Shown here one piece after another: positions 1-10,389 of a stretch of DNA of 64,000 nt. Source of the DNA: Marsupella aquatica (Eukaryota; Plantae; Marchantiophyta). The stretch's first letter is position 1, and each line of letters begins with the position of its first letter. The notes beneath the pieces were generated by a model. It was not told where the DNA came from, ran no database searches, and saw nothing but the letters and a program-made list of their open reading frames with translations. The translations under genes and the position numbers were made by a program. The stretch spans positions 12,274,771-12,338,770 of the forward strand of contig OZ316891.1 of the NCBI GenBank assembly GCA_973895155.1, in the 5' to 3' direction.

Positions 1-366
1 TGTGTTCGGGGATGTCGCTGTGTTCGGGGGACCGTTCATGTTGAGTGAGGGACTAAGTTGCATGTTCGAGTGAGGGACCGTTTTTGCGTGTTCCTTTACA
101 ATCAAAGTGTTCATAGTGGACAGGATGTTTGAGTGAGGGCACTGTGACAGCAACAAAAACGTCTCGACAGTTAGGGCGCTGTGGAAGCAAATAGAAGCTC
201 TCGACAACTCTCACAGCTTTTCTAGAATGTTGCGAATGACAGTATGGCCCAGACATACTCCATTAAATTAAATGGCACTTTGGAACTTTATATAGGTGTG
301 CAAATCAATACATCCAGGCGCAATCGCACTGAGCACAAATCAAACTATGATCCTCAATCTCAACTC

Positions 367-1029
367 CTACTGTAACTTATCTCCTGCAAAGCGATTCACC
401 AAATTTGTGATAGCCTTGCCTTTTGGCAATAGAACATTGATTCTCCTGGCTTTCTTGGCTGGCTGTGGTGATGGAGAGAAGTCCGTGAAGCTATCCAAAA
501 GATACAAATCAAAATCTTCTGTGGGTACCGGCTTCCTCACAGAGAGACATGCACTGACCCAATTAAAGCTGACGAACTTCACTCTCCCACTCCAGTAGTA
601 AAACTCCACAGTCCCCCATTCATACTTTGCCAAAATCGTCTGCCAATTCTTGGCAATCACATGAGTCGTCATTGAACTAAACCGGTAACAAATTGAACCT
701 CCACACTGGACAAATCGTCGCTTCAATAAATCAAATCGGCCTGGGCTGAATTCATCAGGAATCAGCAGTGCATACATGCCCTTGAATGTGTCTCGAGTCT
801 TGGCAAGTGCATGAGCCAGTGCATCCATCTCAGCTTTGACGTCTGTCTCAGCGTTTGGCTCCAGCTTAGTGCAATTTGCCTCCATCGCAGCATTTGCCTC
901 CATTTGAGTGGTCGCCTCAATCGCATTCTCATGAATGGACTCAATGTCTGCAACCAATGACTCTATGGCTGCCGCAGACTCCATCTCTGCCACCACATCA
1001 ATCCCTGCATTTGAACTCTTCTCTGCCAT
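367..1029 (-). CDS. BRCT-domain protein (acidic Ala/Glu-rich N-part, BRCT, basic NLS-like tail) inside the transposon
   Basis: Uninterrupted ORF, first ATG at 1029. FKGMYALL...FVQCGGSI...THVI...VSFNWVSACLSVRKPVPTEDFDL fits BRCT hallmarks (GG, THV, WxxxC). PAKKARR follows. Possible upstream exons at ~1370-1470 and ~1200-1290. Confidence 0.7.
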   Translation of the reverse strand: MAEKSSNAGIDVVAEMESAAAIESLVADIESIHENAIEATTQMEANAAMEANCTKLEPNAETDVKAEMDALAHALAKTRDTFKGMYALLIPDEFSPGRFDLLKRRFVQCGGSICYRFSSMTTHVIAKNWQTILAKYEWGTVEFYYWSGRVKFVSFNWVSACLSVRKPVPTEDFDLYLLDSFTDFSPSPQPAKKARRINVLLPKGKAITNLVNRFAGDKLQ

Positions 1030-1849
1030 CGCTACCAGCAAGCAAGAAAGCCTTACAAAAGATGAGAAATGAACAATGAGGCGCCTTGCACAATTGTCCC
1101 CGCCACTTTGAGAAGGGGCGTTGTGATCGATTTATGCTACAAATTAGGAAATTGCTCCAAAAGAGACAAAGTATGAAAACAGACAAAACATCCCACCATT
1201 CTCGGTCCATCACAAAATCGAGTTGGTGCCTTGAGCAAACATTGGGAACTCGGGAGGCTTTGGCTATGGACAGAAGGCAAACCAAAGAGCTGCAACGGGA
1301 GGGGTAAGTGAAGAAACTTCAGTCAATTGGAAACGGACTGTCAATCGTTAGCTCACTCATGTTAAGGTTACTTGATTGAGACTAATGCCTCCGTGAATTG
1401 CTTTGTTGCAGCAAGGATCAGAGGCCTTGAGGTCCTTGTCGTTGGCTCCTCGCGCGTTCGACTTCCTCCTTCCTGGCTCAGAACAGTACTAAGAGTGAAG
1501 GACGAAAACGGGTCAGTGCACGACAACTCATTCTTGTGCAAAGTTTCAATTCTATTGAATCATACTCATTGATGTCGACTCTGCCACTTTCTTACATTCG
1601 TTTCTCTTCATGGTCAACAGCCCACAATCGATAGTCGATAGTATATGATGAACTCGAGCGATTCTGGATGACAATAGTATTCCATAGTAACTCCTGATAT
1701 GCTTATGGCGATTTGCTTTCTTTCCAGCTTTATGAGTGACAGGAAACTAGATTCCAGAAAAAACCTTTTGTGATCGATGCTGTCTTGCACGAAGTGCTCA
1801 CATCAAACTGATACTCTGGGAAGAACGTTAATTTAAGTTTTCTCCTCCA

Positions 1850-2481
1850 TTACAAGTCATACTTCGGGATGAAACCTATACCAATAGAATTCTGGTCTCG
1901 TGCCAGGAGAAATTGACAGATTTTTCTTCACAGAAGGCAACTCACACGTGCAGCGATTGCTTCCTCAGCCTTCAACACTGCTGCCAAAATTGTGTCTTCC
2001 GGAATTTCATTGGACTTCGGATGCCTTCTGGCAACGTGAAGATCCTGTTACTGGATAATGATAATGAGTAAAGCCAGCTTCTCTAACAACTGCTAAAATG
2101 TGCATCCTTTGTTGGATCCTTATACTTTTCTTGTAACAAAATTCTTTTTCGTTAGACTTCTGCATCTGAAATAGAAACAAAATCCATGATAAAATCCTTT
2201 TGAGAGGCTTCGATTGAAGAATGAGTACTCACAAGGTAGTAGGCTGACTTGAACAGTTTATCACAGAGTGGACAGCATCAAACCTTCACAAGCTCAAAAC
2301 CAGTAACTCAGTACTGTAAGTACTCAGCTACTCCGTGACTTAGGATAAACAAAGTTGATGAGAAGTAGCTGCTCGTCATGCTCTTACCGTCTGTGCTTTG
2401 ACGGACTGCTGCACTTGAAGTTGTTGCTTGCGCTGAGATTGGTGAAGCTTTTGCTGTCGATGTTGGACTTTGCTTTGAACC
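1850..2481 (-). pseudogene. Captured multi-exon 3' fragment of a host gene (…CRSLTKKNFVTRK|DLHVARRHPKSNEIPEDTILAAVLKAEEAIA|ARDQNSIGIGFIPKYDL*)
   Basis: Short AG..GT-bounded exons at about 2388-2481, 2253-2303, 2127-2166 and 1952-2044 join in frame. The last acceptor appears mutated (CTG instead of CAG). Family not confidently named. Confidence 0.55.
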
Positions 2482-2713
2482 TACAACATAATCTCATAGG
2501 TGTGGATGGTCTGTAAGATAGCAAATTATTGTAAACAGAGCTAATTAACCATCTCGGAACTTCGCAGCAGGGAAACATGTGTCCTGATTTTACAAAGATT
2601 GGCCATCATAACTGGAGATTGGAGATGAGGGTTGTCCATTTTCTCGAGGGTTATTGTAATCCCTGGATTCCAGAAAAAACCACTTGTGATCGATGCTGTC
2701 TTGCACGAAGTGC

Positions 2714-3092
2714 TCACATCAAATTGATCATTTTTTTCAGAATTTTCCGCTTTTGTCGATCTTCCACCTGCAACGCTCTTTCTGTAAGGACTTGTTTCAA
2801 ACGGCACATTGACTTACGCAACTGGAAACAGACAGACATTGTAAGGTGAGTCCACATTCCCAAATTATCTATATCCAAGATTCTACACAAGAAATTATTC
2901 CACGAACTACTCCGATGAACAGGAAGACCGTTACCTTTGACATCCGTTCTGAATTTGGCATTCGGAGGCTTTGCGACAGCAACATCTGTTTTTGTGAAAG
3001 TAGCATGTTCTTTTCCTTTAGAAACACATACCACAGCTTGTGCAGGTCGTCCCACGACTTTAGTCTCAGTTCAGATGCTTTCCAGCCTCTGC
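2714..3092 (-). pseudogene. MRPL47: Captured C-terminal two exons of mitochondrial ribosomal protein L47 (uL29m)
   Basis: Exon 3092-2935 [37 protein letters not shown]...[12 protein letters not shown] intron, exon 2821-2714 LRKSMCRLKQVLTERA...KKMINLM*. This is the MRP-L47 signature. No N-terminal transit-peptide exon was recognised. Confidence 0.85.
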
Positions 3093-3548
3093 CTGCAAAA
3101 AAACACACATCGGACATGACCAAACACGATGATCTGACCCAGAAAATAACTCAATTGATCATACAGTTCATGGAGTCCATAGCACAAGCATTACACGAAG
3201 ACATTCAGCTCTCCCTAACAGAATTGTTGTCCGTCCGGCAGCAGGAGAAATTGCAACGGACATAGTAGGAAACCGGGCGAGGTAAAAAACCCTAATTTTG
3301 TGAAGTTGCTTGTTTGACCATTGAAACCGGGAGTCCTGATTGCTGTAGAGAGGTTCAAGGCCCCTGCCTCTTCTTCTATGGTCGCAACCAGGGTCGACCA
3401 TTCCCACCTTTCATTTCATGCCTTTTTTGAGTGTTTTGTTGTAGGCAGCCAGGGTTAAAAGTGCTATGTGAAGGAGGTTGCTACCCCTGGCATTGACAGA
3501 CCGTATTCATTGACAGACCGTATTCTCCTTTGTAGGAATTAGAGAGCT

Positions 3549-5547
3549 ATGGCAAGACATCCTCGTGGGACAGCTAATGGGAAGCGATGGACTTACTCTC
3601 TTAAGTTCAAGCTGGACGTGATTCGGGAATACAACCCCAACATCAAAGGGCAAGGCTTTGTGGCACTCAGCAAAAAATTTGGAGTGCCCCGGTCTGCTTT
3701 GAGAGGGTGGTACGAGAAGAGGGCAGAGTTGCAAGCCTCTCTTAAGGACGATAAGATCTTAACACGGAAATCACGCCGGTTAAGGGGAGGTGGACGGAGA
3801 CCATTGCTGCCCGGAATGGAGGAGGAGCTCCACACTTGGATCCTGGCACGGAATGAGAAGGGATTGAGGGTGAAGGACATGTACATTGCCAAGATGGCCT
3901 TGAAGATTGCAGAGAGGATGGCTACCAGCACAACAAATGAGGAGCTCGCGACATTTAAAGCGTCAACAGGTTGGTTGGATAGGTTCAAGAAGCGACACAA
4001 CCTGGTGTCAAGGAGACACACAACAGATCGCAAGCTACCAGAGAATGCTGTTGATTTGTGTCGGGCATTCATTCAAGAGTGCCAAGAATTGATTGACACT
4101 AACAAAATTAAGCCCAAAAACATTATCAACATGGATCAAGTTCCGCGGTACTATGAGACTAAGCCAAAGTCAACTATTGCTACCAGAGGCATTCAGACGG
4201 TGATGATGACAAAGGGTGGTACCAGCCATAAACGATTCACCATAGCTTTTTCCATCACAGGAGAAGGCAAGCATTTGAGACCACACATCCTCATCTCAAA
4301 AAGGAAGAATAAACCTGAAGTCCCGTTGGGCGTGTTTGTCGATGTGAACCAGACAAGTATATTTTTTTCAATATCTATTACTTGCAAACTAAGCTTCTCT
4401 TTTGTAATTTTCATGACTTTTTTAGGGTTGCCAGTAAACAAACTCTTTTCTAATTATTGACTGTGGGTTTTATACTATGCAGGTATGTGGAATGAACGGA
4501 TATGTTGGGAACACTTCAATGAAATAGTGATGAAGCGAGGTGAGACCCAATTCTACCGGGAGCCCACTCTATACATCATTGACGCATATGGACCCCACTT
4601 GAAGTGGCCCAAGGCACATGCAAAGGTACTGGAGGACTACAATGTGTTTGTGCGGATTGTGCCGGCGAATTTGACCTCCCTCTTGCAGCCTCTTGATGTT
4701 GCAATGAACCGGAGCTATCAGGCAGATTATGCAACACAATATGACACTTACATTGCAGATGCCTTAATTGATCCAAATTTGCAGACAACTGCAGGAAACC
4801 CTAAAGTTCCGGCTGCCAAAATGGTGGCAGAATGGGCACTTTCATGGATTGGAAATTGTCAAAAACAGGACGTGGCAAATGCATTTAGGGTAAGGTGGAG
4901 AAGTTTTGACATTATTTGTAAGTACAAACATTTTATGTGGAAACATTTGGCAAATATTTTCTAGTGAATCCTAATTAAGTTGATGCTTCTTGTGTTGTCA
5001 GGTTTGTGGCTTGGTGCCCAGCTCACAATTTGCAGTGGAAAACCTACATCTGCCACTAAGAGCTTTGTATGCAACAGACTTGGACTTGGCTGAATGGAAT
5101 GAACAGTATGGGCATGTACTTCACGAGAGTGAAGAATTGCGTCCCACTCTCGTCATCGAGCCGCCTACATGGTTTTGTCCTGAAGAGGATTACTCTTTGT
5201 TCAGATGCCTTCTTCGTTGCAAGGGTATACACGGAAGTGATGTGGACGAATACCTTGACACCTATGTCATAAAGCTGGTGGTGCACATGTCAATGTGTCC
5301 TGATCTTGATGACATTTTTGATGATGACGCTGCAGCTGACATGGTAAGTGGAGAAATGGTGGCAGGTACCTTGGCAGTGTTTGCAGCTTCAAACTTGGAG
5401 GAGTGGGAGATTGAGCTCACGGAAGTGAACCTTGACAACAAGATCATCCAAAATTTTGTGTACAAGGCGGAGGATCCTGTCAAGCGAGTTCATTTAGCAC
5501 GAACAGGGAATTACTTTTGTGTTCAGCTGAATGAAGGATTGATGTAG
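3549..5547 (+). CDS. pogo-family transposase (Brinker-like HTH + CENP-B/Tc5 HTH + DDE_1) with OTU-like C-terminal extension; exons 3549-4356, 4483-4889, 5002-5547, ~586 aa
   Basis: YSLKFKLDVI..KFGVPRSALRGW, FKASTGWLDRFKKRH, catalytic NMDQ / IIDAYGPH / LQPLD with DD37D spacing, and AFR|VCGL. Two GT-AG introns join the three ORFs in frame without stops. Confidence 0.92.
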
Positions 5548-6070
5548 TGCATGCACATCATCCTTCTTGGGTGACAACCATCTTGGGCATGTGTTCCTTG
5601 TGTCACTATGAGAGTTATGAGATCGATATTAGGACTGATTCTTCAATGAGAGTAAAATTTTGTAACTCTCATAGGTACACAAGGTGAACTTGTCCAAGCA
5701 TTTTGACTTCATTTTATGTGTTCATGATGCTTCCATACAAAAATGTTTCTCTTTTGAGGCAATTGAACACTTGTGTTTATGTTTTAAATTATGTTGTTCA
5801 CAATAGTGACCTTTTGGAACTACAAATATGTCATAATTAAATATGTTTTACATAATTATATGTTTACCAAGTGATAATGACTTGGTATATTTTTTGCATG
5901 GTTTGTAAGGTCTTATTTTGTGCAACAAATTAATTTGTTCTAGACTACTCATGACTTGTTGCATTTCAGTGTTTAAAGTAGCTACATTTTCCCAATTTAA
6001 CACTTATCTCTAACACATTGGTTGTATCCTATAATTCCAGCTTGTACCCCAAATTCATATAATGCCTAAA

Positions 6071-6233
6071 TTCGAACACAACGCCACAATTCGAACACAA
6101 CGCCACATGCTAAAAAATCATAAACAGAGTCTCAAAACTCGAACACAACGCCCTGGGCTCACTATTCGAATATAGCGCCCCTTGGCCCACTATTCGAATA
6201 TAGCGCCCGGGCGCTGTGTTCGGGGGAAGACGG
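6071..6233. repeat. Right TIR and subterminal transposase-binding-like repeats
   Basis: TCGAACACAACGCC x3, ACTATTCGAATATAGCGCCC x2, palindrome GCGCCCGGGCGC, then the terminal GCGCTGTGTTCGGGGGAAGACGG|TA. Confidence 0.85.
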
Positions 6234-8799
6234 TAGGGCTAGAAAACTTTCTTTGCAACCAAAAGAAGGGGCAGACAGGATCCACTGCAATAATACTGAC
6301 ACCAGAGAACCCATGAAAGCTTATTGCTCGTTGTAGGTGTTGTCCTCCATCTATATACTTTTCTTGTGAGTCAAATGCTCTGTTGAAAGAAAGGGGGGGG
6401 GAGGGGAGCAGAGCCCCAAATTCAAAATTACATGGCTAAGGACTGGAGCCGTGTCAAGTGATACCTACTCACAGTTAAAATGATCCAAGGCGGCTGATTT
6501 TAAGTCATGTTGCATGCCAACTGATCCCGCAACTGAGCGAAAGTCGCTGAGGACCTCAACAACTCGCTGCATGTCCTTGCGCTTAATGGTTGCCTCAATC
6601 ACCTAGCACTTTGACGATTCTCCTGTGCAGACCTTGGAGACTTGATCCAACATAATTTTCTGGTTCTAGTTTTTGCTGCTCTTTCCACCTGAATGCCCTC
6701 AGCAGATTTTCTATTACAGACACAATTTTGAATCTGGCATATTCATAGAACACTATCTGGCATTTTGAATTCCCAGTTGTGTGTCAGTTCCAGCACTTCT
6801 GTTCTCATTGCTTCAATTTCAGCACTTCTATTTTCATTGCTTCAATTTCAGCACTGTCTTTACAAAGACTTCCTGCATTGGCGGATGTGTACTTTGCTCA
6901 AGAGAATGCAAGGATGGAGTTTTGTCTAATCAATCCTTATCCTGCTGGCTCTGTTTAGATATATCCAGCAAAGCTCAGTGTCTCAGTCTCATTTCCCTCC
7001 TCTCTAAATGGGCAGTTCACCATTGCAATTGCAGAGCACACTCTAAGTAGCTATGGATAAAGGCAAAGGTTCACTGCAGCTGGATTAGGAGATAGCAAAC
7101 ATTATTGGACTAGCAACTCAATGATTGAAATGTGTCATGCCATTGAGAGTATACTTTAGTATATCGTACATCTAGGTATTGAAGTTTTGTATGTGTGCTA
7201 TATGAGCATTAAGTATTTAGTTTGAGTTTGTGCAAGGGATAGTTATCCCCTTGTGTTGGCTCAAAGGCCCCATCTTTCAATGTTGAGCCTTTGAACACAA
7301 GCTCAGGTGGCTATGGTGTGGCTGACCAAGTTGTGTGCATGTAACGTGGATTTCTTGAAGCACAAGGATCGCATCAGGTAGGATTGTTGTTGGGTTGACA
7401 TTGATCGTTGTTTGATTTGCAATATTGAAGATTATTCTGGGTTCCATTTGTACTCCATTCTCTTATGTTTGTGTTGTTGGATTATGACTATGCTTGGATT
7501 ATTATGTGTGACAAACAATGCATGTTGTGTAGTGATATGTATGCGCACAACAAATGCTCTACTCAATCTTCCACTCGGTTTTGCAGATTGATGGTTTGAA
7601 ATAGTTCATAGCAAGGTACTGCACAGGAAAGTGAGTATTGCTCGATGGATTTCTGTCATTGTGCATTTGTGCCAGCCTAACGCCTGGCCTCCATTTGTAT
7701 CTTTTGCCAGTTGAATGCATGTTTTCTTTTTTAGCCAATTTGCAATTGTCATTGTAAGAGGAAAATGTTAGATCTAGCATGTCAGAAAGGTTCAATTTTG
7801 TTTGATGAAATGATTTTCTCGCTTCCTCCTGCTGCATCTGTTCAGTGTGACTTTCATTCAATTGCAGACACACCCTCAACATCATTCTTAAAAGTTCTTC
7901 AGATTGACCAGGGATGCTAACAATATTGTTGGAGCCTGTTACATAATGTCAAGGGATTGCACAGAGCTATTACATGTTTCTTTGTAGAAATGGTCAGTTT
8001 GTGGTAGTGTTTGTTTTGGAGAAATTTCTGGCCTGCGTAATTTACTTGCTGGCTGGTTTCCTATGGTGGAGTGGTACATGTTGTGTATAATGTTTGTTAG
8101 AATGTTGAAGGACCCCTGCATCTGGAAGACTCTCATCTCCCAAGGGCCCCAAAAGCTCAGAAAGGGGACACATCACGCGGTTGCATAAACAAGGCACCTT
8201 ATAGAACTGCAAATAAATACCGCAATTTCTTGATCAAAACAATCTTGGCAGAAAAGCCTAATGTGGCAGCCTTTGAATGAAATACAACCAATCATTTGAC
8301 CTTAACAAAAAATGCCTCCATTGAAAAAATAACTTCTATAATACAGGGTTGCACCAAAAATTGCTGTGGTTGTTGTTTAAAAATGCAGGGCCGTTTTGCA
8401 TGAGAACAATACAAACAGGAAAAACCGGAAGGAATAAAGCCTGAAAAAATTCATTCCTACACTAAAGTACTGCAACCCTCACACAGGGCCACGACCATGC
8501 CTCCGCCTGACACCACACAGAATGACATTGGAGGGAAGGAGGCAGGCCCAAGGAGCCCCAACGGGAAGCCAGGCCCGACTAGCAGGAGCAAGGGAGGAGA
8601 TTCAAATTGCGAGTGGGGAGGAAGGAGGCATGACCAACTCGCAAGGGCAGGAGGAGCCAGGCCCAACTCGCAACTAAGGAGCGCTGACTCCCAACGAGGG
8701 TGCTACGACCAGGGAGCAAGGAAGGGAGAGTGACAACCCAATGGCTACCCCCTCGCCTATGACCCTGACCTGCACCCCGCCTTGCCTGACTGCTCTCAC

Positions 8800-9150
8800 C
8801 CAACGACATTCATTTACTTATCTTGACAACCATTTTGAATGTACTTATCGTCTTTTTCCTTAATGACATCTTTTCTCTTAACGTCGTCTTGGGCAAAACA
8901 ACATCTTGGGCGGCACGACATCATTTTGCTTCACAAAATCTTGGGCAACATGACATCTTTTTGCTTAACAACATCTTGGGTGACACGACATCTTTTCTTG
9001 TAACAACATCTTGGGCGACACAATATCTTTAATTTCTCTTAACGACATCTTAATTGGGCCACATGACATCTTTTCTCTTAACAACATCTTGGGCCACACA
9101 ACATCTTTTCTCTTAGTTACGATATATTTTTTCTCCACTACATCTTTTGT
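8800..9150. repeat. Degenerate tandem array of ACATCTTGGGC/ACGACATCTTT units
   Basis: About 7 imperfect ~35-45 bp units, e.g. CAACATCTTGGGCGACACAATATCTTT. Preceded by a purine-rich GC segment at 8500-8790. Confidence 0.7.
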
Positions 9151-9380
9151 GCAACTCATGGTATTGAGCTAGTAAGAAATAATATTGTAGTGTAGTATTG
9201 GTAGGTGGTCTTTGTCCGTCCCATACTACCATATCAAACTGTATAGGATTACAGAGGAAGGATGGGGACGGGGCCCCAGATTTTTTAAGTACCACAACTC
9301 AGATATGGCAAGTGAAGAACACTCAGGCCACGGCTGGCAGCCAAAGTCATGACACAACTTGCAATCTTCACCAAGAGGAA

Positions 9381-10230
9381 TATGCTTGATGGGATCCTTG
9401 CCAAATTAAACAAATTTACGTGGTAGGCCCTTATGAAACTTTTGTTACAAACTAGGCCCCCTCTGACACTTTTGTGTCAAATGTTCTTGTAAAGTTTCTA
9501 TAAAGAGATGTAGCTTGATATTATCATCAATAAGAGCTACTATGCAATTAGAGTCAAATCAATCTGAATGACAAACTGCACCATTGGGGAAGCCGCGGAG
9601 TAATGGCGGCCGTCGTGCAAATTGCGAGTTCCTAACATGTCTTTAGGTTTGAACTGCTACCACGCGGTCCGTGGTTGCTTCGTGCAACTTATACACAGGG
9701 TTTGCATGATGTTTTGACATTTCTTTTGTTATTGTGTCTAAGTATGGAAGGAATCAGGCTCTACTTTTGACCATTGGCCCCTACTACAAAGACGTTCAAA
9801 AGTTGTCCAAGTGTGGAAGGAACCAAGGATCTTTTACTATTGGATGTTTGGCCTTGTTGCAACTTTCAAACATTGTCTAAGTGTGAAACAAAGACAACAT
9901 GGAGTTAATCACAACTGGAAAATTTTGCTAGGCAACCTACAAGAACTAGACTTAATGTTATACAAACCCTCTATCATGTAGCAGCGGATCCCCTAAAACT
10001 CTAATCATGTGAAGACATAAATCATTATGTCTTCAAGCATAGAGGTACAGGCGGTGGACTATGGCGCGGTGCACGATGGAGTGGGATGGGAAATGTATGG
10101 TTGATCATGCAATTAGGCACCACATAAGAACCATGTGTACGGAAACCACATAGGGAGCCAGTTTGTAACAAAAGTTCACTGAAGGCTTATCACGTAAATT
10201 TATTTTGGCAAGGGTTCGATCATATTTATA
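9381..10230 (+). mobile_element. Non-autonomous TIR element, copy 1
   Basis: ~80-bp imperfect inverted ends (TATGCTTGATGGGA..TTGCCAAA..TTTACGTG..TTTTGTTACAAACTAGGC versus its complement). The interior is homologous to 14543-17434. Confidence 0.7.
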
Positions 10231-10389
10231 CCTCCCTTCACCAACAGTGTCCCTCAAGTAGGCTCGTTCATACCCTGTTCAAACTTGGGGCCGTCTGCAA
10301 GGATTTGTTTGGGCCAAGAGGCAGGACCCATCAAGTCTACTTTTCCCTCTAGAGTTGAGGATAATAGTAGGGTGGGCTTTGATCCAAGT

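Larger units (their letters stand above)
1..6233 (+). mobile_element. pogo/Passer-like Tc1/mariner DNA transposon carrying transposase plus cargo; left end outside the window
   Basis: Right terminus GCGCTGTGTTCGGGGGAAGACGG followed by TA at 6234-6235, i.e. a 5'-CCGT end with a TA target. Subterminal CGAACACAACGCC repeats at 6072-6152 are mirrored by inverted TGTGTTCG copies at 1-30. A transposase gene lies inside. Confidence 0.85.

Noticed and set aside
3593-4072. 159-aa antisense ORF (likewise 296-598, 29438-29992, 41475-41798)
   Set aside because: Shadow ORFs opposite genuine coding regions, with no motifs.
6071-6210. Short spaced repeats resembling a CRISPR array
   Set aside because: Irregular spacing, no cas genes, eukaryotic context. 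Explained as transposon subterminal repeats.
6475-7885. Exon-like minus-strand pieces (VIEATIKRKDMQRVVEVLSDF...; 108-aa ORF 7559-7885)
   Set aside because: Could be a decayed gene, but frames are broken and no family is recognised.
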